Assembly: GCA_035458985.1 (NCBI GenBank)
Contig: DATHYR010000344.1
Span: 22,793-86,792 of the forward strand
Reading direction: 5' to 3'
DNA length: 64,000 bases
DNA from: Pseudomonadales bacterium
GTDB lineage: Bacteria > Pseudomonadota > Gammaproteobacteria > Pseudomonadales > JAHEIH01
A model generated the notes under the pieces. It saw only the letters and a list, made by a program, of their open reading frames with translations, had not been told where the DNA came from and did no database searches. How positions within the stretch are numbered: the stretch's first letter is position 1; every line of letters starts with the position of its first letter. Below are positions 40,082 through 50,419 of the stretch, in pieces. The position numbers and the translations under genes are program-made.

Positions 40082-40109
40082 AAAAAAATTGCCCGCCATA
40101 AGGCGGGCA
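40082..40109 (-). terminator. Rho-independent terminator/attenuator between pyk and oadG
   Basis: The minus strand reads TGCCCGCC-TTAT-GGCGGGCA-ATTTTTTTG, starting 6 nt after the pyk stop. Its U-tract ends about 21 nt before the oadG ATG. Confidence 0.8.
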
Positions 40110-40115
40110 GAAGAA

Positions 40116-41579
40116 CTAATCGGTAACACGCACAATTTGCATGGTATCTGTACCGCCCAACAAACCGACTTGGTTACCACGCGACAGAATCACGACATCG
40201 TCTTTAGCCACAAATCCGCCGTCTTTCAGCGCCTGAATAGAGCGTTGTGTCAACTCTTCCAGCGTCATGCCCTTACCATCAAAAGGTACGGACTGAACAC
40301 CTCGGTACAACATCATTTTTCGCTGCGCCTTCACACTGGGTGACAATGCAAAAATCGGTAATCCAGAACTGATACGTGACATCACGCGCGGCGTGTGACC
40401 CGACTCGGTCAGTGCGATGATCGCCTTCACACCTTTGAGATGGTTGGCTGAATACATCACCGCTAGTGCAATGGTTTCATCAATATGGTCATATTCTTGG
40501 TCCATGCGGTGACGCGAACGTTGAATTTCGCGCTGCGCCTCAGCACCAAGGATAACGCGCACCATCGCCTTGACCGTTTGCACAGGATAGTTACCGGCGG
40601 CGGTCTCACCCGAGAGCATTACCGCATCGGTGCCATCAAGCACGGCATTGGCCACATCGAAAACTTCGGCGCGTGTGGGCAGTTGCGAATTGATCATCGA
40701 CTCCATCATTTGCGTGGCCGTAATCACCACTTTGTTGAGCTGACGTGCGCGCTTAATGATGCGCTTTTGAACACCCACCAAGCTGGCATCGCCAATTTCA
40801 ACGCCTAAATCGCCGCGAGCTACCATGACCGCATCGCTGGCAATAATCATATCGTCCAATGCTTCGGCGGTCGCCACTGTTTCAGCACGCTCAATTTTTG
40901 CCACAATACCCGCGTTACCACCAGCCTCAAGCATCAATTCACGTGCACGTTCAATATCGGCACCCGAGCGAGGAAAGGAGACCGCCAAATATTCCACATC
41001 GAGTGCGGCGGCGGTTTTGATGTCGCGGAGATCTTTCTCGGTCAGGGCGGGAGCAGACAGTCCACCACCTTGCAGGTTGATGCCCTTATTATTGGACAGT
41101 TCACCACCCACCGTTACTACGGTATGGACTTTGTTACCTTCAATGCTCTCGACTTGCATTTGGATGCGGCCATCATCAAGCATCAAAATATCACCGGGTT
41201 TACAATCACTCGGCAAATTTTCGTAATCAAGACCCACGGCGGCTTGATGGCCGGCCTGTTTATCCATGTCCGCATCAAGCGTGAACTTGTCGCCATCGTT
41301 GAGCAATATTTTCTTATTCGCAAAACGGGCAATGCGTATTTTAGGTCCCTGCAAATCGCCTAGAACGGCCACAAACAAGCGATGGCGAATACTGATTTCT
41401 CGGACCATCTCGACACGGCGACGATGTTCATCGGGATCACCGTGTGAGAAATTGATGCGCACCACGTTAACACCGGCTAACAACAACTTTTCCAGTGTCG
41501 CAGGATCATCCGTTGCCGGGCCTAGCGTCGCAACAATTTTAGTACGACGCAGTTGTGGATTAGCTTGAGTCATAGTCAC
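40116..41579 (-). CDS. pykA: Pyruvate kinase
   Basis: RRTKIVATLGPA, NFSHG and MVARGDLGVE motifs. 487 aa. Confidence 0.97.
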   Translation of the reverse strand: MTMTQANPQLRRTKIVATLGPATDDPATLEKLLLAGVNVVRINFSHGDPDEHRRRVEMVREISIRHRLFVAVLGDLQGPKIRIARFANKKILLNDGDKFTLDADMDKQAGHQAAVGLDYENLPSDCKPGDILMLDDGRIQMQVESIEGNKVHTVVTVGGELSNNKGINLQGGGLSAPALTEKDLRDIKTAAALDVEYLAVSFPRSGADIERARELMLEAGGNAGIVAKIERAETVATAEALDDMIIASDAVMVARGDLGVEIGDASLVGVQKRIIKRARQLNKVVITATQMMESMINSQLPTRAEVFDVANAVLDGTDAVMLSGETAAGNYPVQTVKAMVRVILGAEAQREIQRSRHRMDQEYDHIDETIALAVMYSANHLKGVKAIIALTESGHTPRVMSRISSGLPIFALSPSVKAQRKMMLYRGVQSVPFDGKGMTLEELTQRSIQALKDGGFVAKDDVVILSRGNQVGLLGGTDTMQIVRVTD

Positions 41580-41583
41580 CTTC

Positions 41584-42594
41584 TTATTTGGCTGACATCA
41601 GCGCAATGGTATTGTCCAACATGCGGTTTGAGAAACCCCACTCGTTATCATACCAAGACATGACCTTCACAAAAGTCCCTGATACTTTGGTTTGCGTTGC
41701 ATCAAAATTAGACGATGCCGGCTGGTGATTAAAGTCAATCGACACCAACGGCTCTTCGTTGTAGGTCAACACGCCTTTCAAGGGACCACTCTCCGCAGCC
41801 GCTTTAATCAGTGCGTTAATTTCTTCTGCACTGGTTTCACGACTCGCCACAAAGTTCAAATCCACCAAAGAGACGTTAATGGTAGGTACACGCACCGCCA
41901 TACCGTCCAATTTACCCTTCAATTCAGGCAATACCAAACCAACGGCTTTTGCTGCGCCAGTCGCCGTAGGAATCATCGACTGTGTCGCTGAGCGCGCACG
42001 GTACATGTCCTTGTGGTACACATCGCTGAGGTTTTGATCGTTGGTGTATGCGTGAATCGTGGTCATTTGACCGTTTTCAATACCAATGGCATCGTTCAAA
42101 ACCTTGGCCACTGGGGCTAGGCAATTGGTGGTGCAGGAAGCGTTGGAAATGATCGTCGAGTCTGCAGTCAATACGCCTTGGTTAACACCGAATACCACGG
42201 TCGCATCGACGTCCGTACCGGGTGCAGAAATGATCACCTTTTTGGCGCCAGCCGTGATGTGTTTGCCCGCTGTTTCGCGCGACGTGAACAAACCAGTGCA
42301 TTCGTAAACCACATCAATATCCAACTCCCCCCAAGGCAAGTTGGCTGGGTCGCGCTCAGAGACAAACTTGATGTCATCACCCGCCACGGTCATGACATCA
42401 CCGTTTAAGCTCACATCAAAACCAAAGCGACCATGAACAGAGTCGTAGCGGGTCAGGTGTGCATTTAATTTGGCATCGCCCAAATCATTCACTGCCACGA
42501 TTTGAATACGGTCGCGGTAGCCACCCTCATAAAGGGCTTTGAGGACATTGCGGCCGATACGACCAAAACCATTAATGGCAACACGAATAGTCAT
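41584..42594 (-). CDS. gap: Glyceraldehyde-3-phosphate dehydrogenase
   Basis: INGFGRIGR and the catalytic [12 protein letters not shown] motif. Confidence 0.97.
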   Translation of the reverse strand: MTIRVAINGFGRIGRNVLKALYEGGYRDRIQIVAVNDLGDAKLNAHLTRYDSVHGRFGFDVSLNGDVMTVAGDDIKFVSERDPANLPWGELDIDVVYECTGLFTSRETAGKHITAGAKKVIISAPGTDVDATVVFGVNQGVLTADSTIISNASCTTNCLAPVAKVLNDAIGIENGQMTTIHAYTNDQNLSDVYHKDMYRARSATQSMIPTATGAAKAVGLVLPELKGKLDGMAVRVPTINVSLVDLNFVASRETSAEEINALIKAAAESGPLKGVLTYNEEPLVSIDFNHQPASSNFDATQTKVSGTFVKVMSWYDNEWGFSNRMLDNTIALMSAK

Positions 42595-42647
42595 TTCTTA
42601 CACTCCTAAAGGCGGCTCAACACCGCTAAATCAAATAAAATTATGGA

Positions 42648-43280
42648 TTACTTCGCTAATGCAGCAGCTTCTGCAGCGAGTAAGGTAATGTCATCCCAGC
42701 GTCCCTCTGCCATTAAATCAGCGGGAGCCAACCAGGATCCCCCAACACAAGCCACATTCGGCAGGGCGAGGTATTGCTTGGCTTTTTCAAGATTAATACC
42801 GCCGGTTGGGCAAAACAGCGCCTGTGGCAATGGACCGCCTATCGATTTCAGCATGGGAATACCGCCCGCAGCTTCTGCGGGGAAAAACTTCATGCGCGTA
42901 ATACCACGCTCCATCAGGGCCATCACTTCTGAAGGCGAATTGACACCAGGTAGCAACGGTACCTGTTGACTCAAGGCTTTATCGATCAACGCGGGGGTTG
43001 ACCCTGGGCTGACCAAGAAATCTGAACCAGCCGCTACAGCGGCCTCCAACAAGTCAGGGGTATTGACGGTACCGGCGCCAACAATCGCCTCAGGTACGGC
43101 GTCTTTCATGGCTCGAATGGCGTCCAGCGCACATTCGGTGCGAAGGGTAATCTCTAACACACGCAAACCGCCCGCGACTAAGGCCTTAGCCAGGGGTACC
43201 GCATGCTCCAATTGATCAATAACCAACACAGGTACCACGGGGGCCGCGGTCATCACTTCATCAATGCTATAGCTCATCAT
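42648..43280 (-). CDS. eda: 2-keto-3-deoxy-6-phosphogluconate (KDPG) aldolase
   Basis: PVLVID...EITLRT, GAGTV and FCPTGGI are the Eda pattern. Confidence 0.95.
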   Translation of the reverse strand: MMSYSIDEVMTAAPVVPVLVIDQLEHAVPLAKALVAGGLRVLEITLRTECALDAIRAMKDAVPEAIVGAGTVNTPDLLEAAVAAGSDFLVSPGSTPALIDKALSQQVPLLPGVNSPSEVMALMERGITRMKFFPAEAAGGIPMLKSIGGPLPQALFCPTGGINLEKAKQYLALPNVACVGGSWLAPADLMAEGRWDDITLLAAEAAALAK

Positions 43281-43292
43281 GCCTTCCTTGAA

Positions 43293-43997
43293 TTACGCCG
43301 CCCAGAAAATGTGAACGGGGGTTGTAGATTGTTGCAAAACGGCGCGAACAGGCATTTGAGCCACGTCGTCCGAGGCCAGTGCTGCGCGATACACATCAAG
43401 TTTGTCTTGCCCAGTGATAAGCAGCACGATGTCACCTGCTTGTTGAATGGCGCTGAGCGTCATCGTCATACGATCCACTTCGTCACCCGTCACCTCTGAG
43501 TGATGAGCCGTCAACGGCGCAACGAGGGACGAGCTCTGCAGCGCATTGTCTAGCCCCTCGGCGTGAGGGAAGAACGATGCCGTATGTCCGTCACCGCCCA
43601 TGCCTAGGATACAAATCCCCTGCTTTTGGGGAATCGCCTGGAAGTGGTCTTCACACACTTGCCAGCCGTCGTGGGGAGTAGTGGCTGAATTTTTCATACC
43701 TACGAAAGGGGCTTGTCTGGCCGCATGAATACGCAGACAACGATTTAAAAAGGCTTCATTACTGCGCGCATGATCAATATCCACCCAACGTTCGTCGACC
43801 ATGGCGATATGGATATTTGCCCATGGCATGGCCTTTTCGGACAGTGCCTTGTATACCAATTCAGGCGTGCTACCACCCGACACATAAAACGCCGCTCCAC
43901 CGTGTTGGCTCACGCAGTCTGAAAGACGCTGTTGGCAACGCTCAGTCAGCGCCTCAATGAGTGCCTCGCGGCTTTCAAAGAAGTGTTCAACCACCAT
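43293..43997 (-). CDS. pgl: 6-phosphogluconolactonase
   Basis: SGGSTP, DERWV and LGMGGDGHTASFFP motifs. Confidence 0.93.
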   Translation of the reverse strand: MVVEHFFESREALIEALTERCQQRLSDCVSQHGGAAFYVSGGSTPELVYKALSEKAMPWANIHIAMVDERWVDIDHARSNEAFLNRCLRIHAARQAPFVGMKNSATTPHDGWQVCEDHFQAIPQKQGICILGMGGDGHTASFFPHAEGLDNALQSSSLVAPLTAHHSEVTGDEVDRMTMTLSAIQQAGDIVLLITGQDKLDVYRAALASDDVAQMPVRAVLQQSTTPVHIFWAA

Positions 43998-43999
43998 GC

Positions 44000-45490
44000 T
44001 TAGACACCCTCGCCAGCATTAAACCAGCGACGACCATCGTCCCCCATCAAATCATTGGCCGCCTGAGGACCCCATGTGCCGGCGCGATAAAGCTCGGGGA
44101 CGACTTCGCGTTCAACCCACGTCTGAATAATCGGGTCAATCCAAGCCCAGGCTGAAGCCACTTCATCGCGGTGTATGAACAAACTTGGGTTGTTCAAAGC
44201 AGCATCGAGCATCAATCGTTTGTAGGCATCGGAACGGAAGTTCTCGAAGGTCTCAGCAAAGTTCAAGTTAAGCACGACAGGCTTGAGTTTAATGTCTAAC
44301 TCATTCAAATCCTTTGCCACCAAATACAGCTGGATACTTTCATCCGGCTGTAAACGAATCACCAAGCGGTTGGGGGGGGTCGTGCCCTGCTTGCCGCTAT
44401 AGACATCATGGGGAATTTCACGGAACTGCAACACAATTTCAGCACAGCGCGACTTCATGCGTTTACCTGTTCTCAAATAGAACGGTACTCGAGCCCAACG
44501 CCAGTTGTCGATGTGCGCACGAATTGCCACAAATGTCTCCGTGTGGCTGGCACCATCGTCAAGCTCTTCCAGATAACCCGGCACTAATTTGCCATCGAAC
44601 TCGCCCGCCACGTATTGACCACGAACGGTATTGCTAATCACATCATCGCCACGCAGAGGGCGTAATGCTTGCAACACTTTTAACTTCTCAGCACGAATAT
44701 TATCGGCAGAAATGGTATTGGGTGGCTCCATGGCGGTGAGGCACAGCAGCTGTAATAGGTGGTTTTGAATCATGTCACGCAGCGCGCCTGCGTTGTCATA
44801 AAAACCAGCACGGCCCTCTAAACCCACGGTTTCAGAAATAGAAATTTGCACGTGATCGATAAACTTCGAGTTCCAAAACTGTTCGAACAAAATATTGCTA
44901 AAACGCAGCGCCATTAAGTTTTGTACCGTTTCTTTACCCAAATAGTGGTCGATACGGAAAATCTGCGACTCTTTAAAGTAGGTCGCAATAATGGCGTTAA
45001 TCTCTTCGGCTGATTTCGCGTCATAACCGAGAGGCTTTTCCACCACAACACGCGAATTTTCGGTAATGAGACCCTGCTCGTGTAAATTTTTACAGGCCTC
45101 ACCAAACACAGCCGGTGGCGTAGAGAGATAGAACACGCGCGCGCGACCGTCATCGCACTGCAGGTGATTTTCCAGCACCTGCCACTTCTCATCACGCGAA
45201 GAAATGTCGACTAATACCGGAGCGACAATGGTAGAAAACTCGGCCCATACCGCCTTGTCAAATTCGCCATCGTACAGAAAGTTTTGCAGGGCTTTGTCGA
45301 CATTAGCCAAATAGTTATCAAAATCTTCTTGCTTTCGCACGGTACAAAAAATATGCGACTCCGGGGCAATTTTGCCCTCTTTAAAGGCGCGATACATGGC
45401 GGGTAAAAGCTTGCGATAAGCCAAATCACCTGCACCGCCAAAAATCACAAAATCAACGAGGGCGATGGTGTTGCTGTTATCAGTGCCCAT
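44000..45490 (-). CDS. zwf: Glucose-6-phosphate 1-dehydrogenase
   Basis: IFGGAGDLAYRKLLPA, RIDHYLGKE and IQNHLLQLL motifs. Confidence 0.97.
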   Translation of the reverse strand: MGTDNSNTIALVDFVIFGGAGDLAYRKLLPAMYRAFKEGKIAPESHIFCTVRKQEDFDNYLANVDKALQNFLYDGEFDKAVWAEFSTIVAPVLVDISSRDEKWQVLENHLQCDDGRARVFYLSTPPAVFGEACKNLHEQGLITENSRVVVEKPLGYDAKSAEEINAIIATYFKESQIFRIDHYLGKETVQNLMALRFSNILFEQFWNSKFIDHVQISISETVGLEGRAGFYDNAGALRDMIQNHLLQLLCLTAMEPPNTISADNIRAEKLKVLQALRPLRGDDVISNTVRGQYVAGEFDGKLVPGYLEELDDGASHTETFVAIRAHIDNWRWARVPFYLRTGKRMKSRCAEIVLQFREIPHDVYSGKQGTTPPNRLVIRLQPDESIQLYLVAKDLNELDIKLKPVVLNLNFAETFENFRSDAYKRLMLDAALNNPSLFIHRDEVASAWAWIDPIIQTWVEREVVPELYRAGTWGPQAANDLMGDDGRRWFNAGEGV

Positions 45491-45496
45491 ATTTTT

Positions 45497-47314
45497 TTAC
45501 TCCATAGTAAAGATCGTTGCGCCATCTTCAGCAGAATTAACGGCTGCACGCAACGAATGGAAAAGTTCACGGCCCATACCATATTCATTACCGCTGAGGT
45601 CAGGACGGGTTGGAATACGTGCTGCAAATTCAGCATCGTCCACCAGTAAACGCAGGGTGCCTTGTTCTGCATCCAGCTCAATGATGTCACCATCACGGAC
45701 GCGACCGATGGGACCACCATCCAATGCTTCAGGACTCAAGTGAATGGCGGAAGGCACTTTACCAGAAGCACCTGACATTCGGCCATCGGTAACCAGTGCG
45801 ACTTTAAATCCGCGGTCCTGCAGGGTCGCCAAGGTAGGCGTCAACTTATGTAGTTCAGGCATGCCATTGGCTTTTGGTCCTTGGAAACGAATGACCGCGA
45901 TAAAATCTTGCTCTAGGCGTCCCTCTTTGAAGGCTTGCAATAAATCATCTTGGTGATCGAACACCATCGCCGGGGCTTTAACCACGCGATGTTGGGCCTT
46001 GACGGCAGAGACTTTAATCACCGAATTGCCTAAGTTTCCTTTGAGCAATTTCAAACCACCTTCTGGATCAAAAGGATCGCTAGCTGGACGAAGAACCGCG
46101 TCGTCCAAACTTACCGCCGGTACATCTTGCCAATGGATAGCACCATCGCGAAGCACAGGCTCTTTGGTATAGGCATCCAGACCGAATCCCATATTGGTGT
46201 AAACGTCATCGTGCAAGTAGCCCGCATCGCGCAACTCGCGCATCAAGAAACCCATACCACCAGCAGCTTGGAAATGGTTAACATCGGCCATACCGTTGGG
46301 ATAGATGCGGCACAACAAAGGCACCACATCCGACAGATCAGACATATCCTGCCAAGTCAGTTGGATACCGGCGGCTTTAGCAATGGCAATTAAATGGATG
46401 GCATGATTGGTCGAGCCACCGGTCGCCAACAAGCCAACAACACCGTTGACGATAGATTTTTCATTGACGATATCTGCCAGCATGATGCGCTTGTCACCAT
46501 CAATGTTTTTCAGCAACTGGCGCGTCACTTCTGCGGTGAGAGCGTCGCGCAATTCTGTACCAGGGTTAACAAAAGACGAACCCGGCAAATGCAGGCCCAT
46601 AATTTCCATCAACATCTGGTTACTATTGGCCGTGCCGTAAAACGTACAGGTACCCGCACTGTGGTATGACTCACTCTCCGCTTTGAGCAATTCTTCACGA
46701 CCCACTTTGCCTTGGGCATACAACTGACGAACACGCGCCTTCTCTTCATTGGGTAAACCTGAAGGCATAGGACCGGCAGGAACAAACGCCGTTGGCAGGT
46801 GACCAAACGCCAGCGACCCGATCATCATACCGGGGACAATCTTGTCGCACACGGCCAAACAGAGACTGCCATCGAACACATCGTGCGACAGCGCCACTGC
46901 CGTCGCCATGGCGATGACGTCGCGACTAAAGAGCGATAATTCCATGCCATCACGACCTTGGGTGACACCATCGCACATGGCCGGTACACCTCCGGCAAAT
47001 TGAGCGGATGCGCCCTGCTCTGCGGCCGCTTGTTTAATGACGGCGGGATACGTTTCGTAAGGCTGGTGGGCAGAAAGCATTTCGTTATAAGCAGAAATAA
47101 TCGCCAGGTTAGCCACTTCATCGCCCGCCAGTTGGCTTTTCACCGAACTACTACAAGCGGCAATCGCATGGGCCAAGTTTCCGCATGACAAACGTGAACG
47201 AACTCGGCCTGCAATGCGCGCCTTGTTCATACGGTTTACGTAGTCATCTCTTGTAGATTTGCTGCGTTCAATGAGACGGGCGGTGACATCTGCCACCACA
47301 GGATGCATAGACAT
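45497..47314 (-). CDS. edd: Phosphogluconate dehydratase
   Basis: 605 aa of the IlvD/Edd family. The Edd-type N-terminus is [12 protein letters not shown]; CDKIVPG is also present. Confidence 0.96.
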   Translation of the reverse strand: MSMHPVVADVTARLIERSKSTRDDYVNRMNKARIAGRVRSRLSCGNLAHAIAACSSSVKSQLAGDEVANLAIISAYNEMLSAHQPYETYPAVIKQAAAEQGASAQFAGGVPAMCDGVTQGRDGMELSLFSRDVIAMATAVALSHDVFDGSLCLAVCDKIVPGMMIGSLAFGHLPTAFVPAGPMPSGLPNEEKARVRQLYAQGKVGREELLKAESESYHSAGTCTFYGTANSNQMLMEIMGLHLPGSSFVNPGTELRDALTAEVTRQLLKNIDGDKRIMLADIVNEKSIVNGVVGLLATGGSTNHAIHLIAIAKAAGIQLTWQDMSDLSDVVPLLCRIYPNGMADVNHFQAAGGMGFLMRELRDAGYLHDDVYTNMGFGLDAYTKEPVLRDGAIHWQDVPAVSLDDAVLRPASDPFDPEGGLKLLKGNLGNSVIKVSAVKAQHRVVKAPAMVFDHQDDLLQAFKEGRLEQDFIAVIRFQGPKANGMPELHKLTPTLATLQDRGFKVALVTDGRMSGASGKVPSAIHLSPEALDGGPIGRVRDGDIIELDAEQGTLRLLVDDAEFAARIPTRPDLSGNEYGMGRELFHSLRAAVNSAEDGATIFTME

Positions 47315-47316
47315 GA

Positions 47317-48996
47317 TTAGCTCCGGCGTAATGTTTTATAGCGGGCCATGAGACCCGCGGTTGAGACGTCGTACCGCTGTTGCAACTCGGATTCACCGAC
47401 ATGCTGTGCAGCGATATCTGCTTCAATCTTTTTGGCAATCACTTTACCCAGCTCGACACCCCATTGATCAAAGGAACAAATGTCGAGGATGACACCTTGG
47501 ACAAAGATTTTATGTTCATAAAGCGCAATCATCATACCCAGCGTTCGGGGCTCGACACGCGATAACAGGAAGCTGCTCGTCGGGCGGTTACCTTTGTGAA
47601 CCTTATGAGGAACAATCTCTTCAATACGGTCGGGCGACAGCCCCTTCGCGGTAAGATCGGCACGAATGTCATCGGCACTCACGCCTGTCATTAACGCTTT
47701 GCTCTGGGCAAAATAATTAGACATCAGGACATCGTGATGGCCCGCTACCTCGATACTGCTTTGCACTGAGCCTATGAAATCAGCTGGAATAATGGCGGGA
47801 CTCTGGTGTAAGAACTGGTAAAAAGCATGCTGACCATTTATACCCACCTCACCCCAAATCAAAGGCACAGTGTCATAGTCAACGCTGCCACCATCGCGCA
47901 CCACAAACTTGCCGTTAGACTCCATCTCAGCCTGTTGTAGGTAGGCTGGCAACATATGCATTGCTTGGTCATAGGGAAGAATGGCTTGCGCTGGAAAACC
48001 CATAAACGTGGTATTCCAAATACTCAACAACGCCATTAACACAGGGATATTGTCACCAAATTCGGCATTCTTGAAATGCTCGTCGGCTTCGTGCGCCCCT
48101 TCTAACAACGCTATAAACTTGTCAAAACCAAGGTACAGTGCAATGGGTAAGCCTATCGCGGACCAGAGCGAGAATCGACCACCGACCCAATCCCACATAC
48201 AAAAGATGTTATCTGCCTCAATACCCATCTCGCGGGCCGCTGCAATATTTGACGACACGGCGACGAAGTGTTTACCCGCGGCTGCTTTCGTGTCACTGAC
48301 ACCTGCAGCTTGTGCCGCATCGCTTAACCAGGCCAGCGCGGTACGCGCGTTAGTCATCGTTTCCGAGGTGGTAAAGGTCTTAGACGAAATAACAAATAAG
48401 GTGGTCGCTGGATCCAAATCATCAAGCGTGCTGGCGATCTGGGTGCCGTCGACATTCGATACATAGTGAACGTTTAACGTCTCATCGGCATACGCAGCAA
48501 GCGCCTCCGTGACCATCTGTGGACCTAAATGTGAGCCGCCAATACCAATACTCACGACATCCGTAATCATTTCACCACTAAAGCCCTTCCACGCACCACT
48601 GCGCACGGCGTTGACAAAAGCGTCAATTTTGTCGAGTTCACGACTGACCTCAGTGCTAATATCCACGCCATCAACCACTATCGGGCGCTGCTGACGGTCG
48701 CGAAGTGCCACATGCAATACGGCGCGATCTTCGGTGATATTAATATGTTGACCACTGAACATCTTTTCGCGCCAGGCCGCAACATCACACTGCTCAGCCA
48801 ATGACAGTAAGGCGCTTTTCACATCCGCATCAATGCGTTGCTTTGAGTAATCAAAAAAAACGCCAGGCAATTCCGCTGAAAAAGAGGCAAAGCGGGTATT
48901 GTCTGCGGCAAACAAATCATTAAGATGGATTTCGTGGTGTTTTTTGGCAAGCGCTTGCAGGGCTTGCCAAGCGGGCAGTGTTGATCTTGAACTCAT
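47317..48996 (-). CDS. pgi: Glucose-6-phosphate isomerase
   Basis: 559 aa. Contains [17 protein letters not shown] and [11 protein letters not shown] motifs. Confidence 0.97.
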   Translation of the reverse strand: MSSRSTLPAWQALQALAKKHHEIHLNDLFAADNTRFASFSAELPGVFFDYSKQRIDADVKSALLSLAEQCDVAAWREKMFSGQHINITEDRAVLHVALRDRQQRPIVVDGVDISTEVSRELDKIDAFVNAVRSGAWKGFSGEMITDVVSIGIGGSHLGPQMVTEALAAYADETLNVHYVSNVDGTQIASTLDDLDPATTLFVISSKTFTTSETMTNARTALAWLSDAAQAAGVSDTKAAAGKHFVAVSSNIAAAREMGIEADNIFCMWDWVGGRFSLWSAIGLPIALYLGFDKFIALLEGAHEADEHFKNAEFGDNIPVLMALLSIWNTTFMGFPAQAILPYDQAMHMLPAYLQQAEMESNGKFVVRDGGSVDYDTVPLIWGEVGINGQHAFYQFLHQSPAIIPADFIGSVQSSIEVAGHHDVLMSNYFAQSKALMTGVSADDIRADLTAKGLSPDRIEEIVPHKVHKGNRPTSSFLLSRVEPRTLGMMIALYEHKIFVQGVILDICSFDQWGVELGKVIAKKIEADIAAQHVGESELQQRYDVSTAGLMARYKTLRRS

Positions 48997-49151
48997 CTTT
49001 CATCCTCTATAAGGAAGCAAATACCCAATAATACAACCGGTTGCTATATTAAGCGATCATCTTTTTTGTCACAGATGACGTGCTACTAAATCACAACGAT
49101 TTTTAATTGGGTTAAATTTTTTCATACTTTTACCACAAAATAAAGCAGTAA

Positions 49152-49171
49152 TTTTTAACTTAGTTACAAAA
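49152..49171. promoter_or_regulatory. Candidate HexR operator in the pgi/hexR divergent region
   Basis: Imperfect palindrome TTTTTAAC-TTA-GTTACAAAA. The reverse strand TGTAACTAAGTTAAAA matches about 11 of 16 positions of the TGTAATTAAAATTACA-type HexR motif as I remember it. Confidence 0.3.
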
Positions 49172-49230
49172 AAGACTTCATTCGCCGCTAGGCCAATGAT
49201 ATATTTTGCAGAGTTAAAAGAGGTTTTGAG

Positions 49231-50073
49231 ATGATACTTAATCGATTACAGCAGTCACTTAACCAGTTAAGCAAAGCGGAACGTCGGATTGCTGAAGCGA
49301 TTCTTAACTCGCCTGCCGATGTCGTCCATATGACCACGGCTGAACTTGCTCGCGCCGCCGAAGTCAGTGATCCGATGGTGTCCCGTTTATGTCGCACTAT
49401 CGGTTGTAGAAGTTTCCCAGATCTAAAGGTCCAACTCGCCAGTGGCATGGCCAGTGGTAACTCGTATATATCAAGTACCGTTTCCTCTGGCGATAACACA
49501 GAAACTTTTGCCAATAAAATTATTGGCGCAAGTATGAATGCCCTTGAGTACCTAAGAAGTGGGTTAGATGTTGAGGCCATCGAGCAAGCGATTGCCATCT
49601 TGCGCAAGGCAAAACGTATCGAGATATTCGGGATGGGCGGATGCGCCTCAATCGCTGCAGATGCTCAAAACCGTTTTTTCCGCAGCGGCATCCCCACCGT
49701 GTGCTATGAGGATACACTTAAGCAGCGCATGGCCGCCGCCAGCTCAAATTCCGATACGGCGGTTTTGATCATAACCTTTACCGGCCGTACCAAAGACATG
49801 ATTGAGACCGCAGAAATCGTTAATCGAGCCGGTGGAAATTTAATTGCCATTACGGCGATTGACTCACCCATCGCCAAATTAGCAGATGTGGCGATTAGCT
49901 CAGCTGCCGAGTTAGAAGACACCACCATTTACGTCCCCATGGTGACGAGAATCGTCATACTTACCATCATCGATATTTTAACGACAGGCCTAGCATTACA
50001 AATGGGGCCCGAGATTGAAACGCGCTTACAACTGATTAAACACAGCTTGGATCTCACCAAGGTCGCGAAATAA
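49231..50073 (+). CDS. hexR: RpiR/MurR-family regulator HexR
   Basis: N-terminal HTH_6 (LSKAERRIAEAILNSP...TTAELARAAEVSDPMVSRLCR) plus a SIS domain. Divergent from the zwf/edd operon. Confidence 0.92.
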   Translation: MILNRLQQSLNQLSKAERRIAEAILNSPADVVHMTTAELARAAEVSDPMVSRLCRTIGCRSFPDLKVQLASGMASGNSYISSTVSSGDNTETFANKIIGASMNALEYLRSGLDVEAIEQAIAILRKAKRIEIFGMGGCASIAADAQNRFFRSGIPTVCYEDTLKQRMAAASSNSDTAVLIITFTGRTKDMIETAEIVNRAGGNLIAITAIDSPIAKLADVAISSAAELEDTTIYVPMVTRIVILTIIDILTTGLALQMGPEIETRLQLIKHSLDLTKVAK

Positions 50074-50082
50074 ACCGTGACC

Positions 50083-50400
50083 TTATTCTAAGTAGACACC
50101 TACTTCATTGCCTCGATAAGCAAGTTCATAAATTTTTAGCGCGCCACATTTAAATGCCGCACCAGGCTGAACTTCCCCATTGAGAAGGGAGAAGCTGACC
50201 GCGTGTGCGGCACAGGTGAGGGTATGCCCCTTGACTCTCGCGTCGACCAATGAAAATCCTTGATGCGGACAGCGATTTTCCAGCAACGCAACTACCGCCC
50301 CCTCCTGCAATAGCAACATTTGACGACCTGCCACAATAAATTCGCGGCGATAGCCCGGTGTCAAATTCATCAAACTTTCAAGTCGATGATAGCTTTGCAT
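50083..50400 (-). CDS. Small Rieske [2Fe-2S] domain protein (NirD-like size)
   Basis: Complete CPH-X16-CAAH Rieske motif in 105 aa. Lies 19 nt downstream of aceK on the same strand. Confidence 0.8.
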   Translation of the reverse strand: MQSYHRLESLMNLTPGYRREFIVAGRQMLLLQEGAVVALLENRCPHQGFSLVDARVKGHTLTCAAHAVSFSLLNGEVQPGAAFKCGALKIYELAYRGNEVGVYLE

Positions 50401-50419
50401 GATTCACCTCATCATGAAC

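Noticed and set aside
47981-48466. A 161 aa ORF antisense to pgi, with similar 95-133 aa antisense ORFs inside rpsA, pyk, gap, edd and aceK
   Set aside because: All are nested in well-supported conserved genes, lack start-site signals and have no family-like sequence. I treat them as frame artefacts.
49188-49607. A 139 aa ORF antisense to hexR
   Set aside because: It is nested in the HexR HTH-coding region and has no independent signals. I treat it as an artefact.
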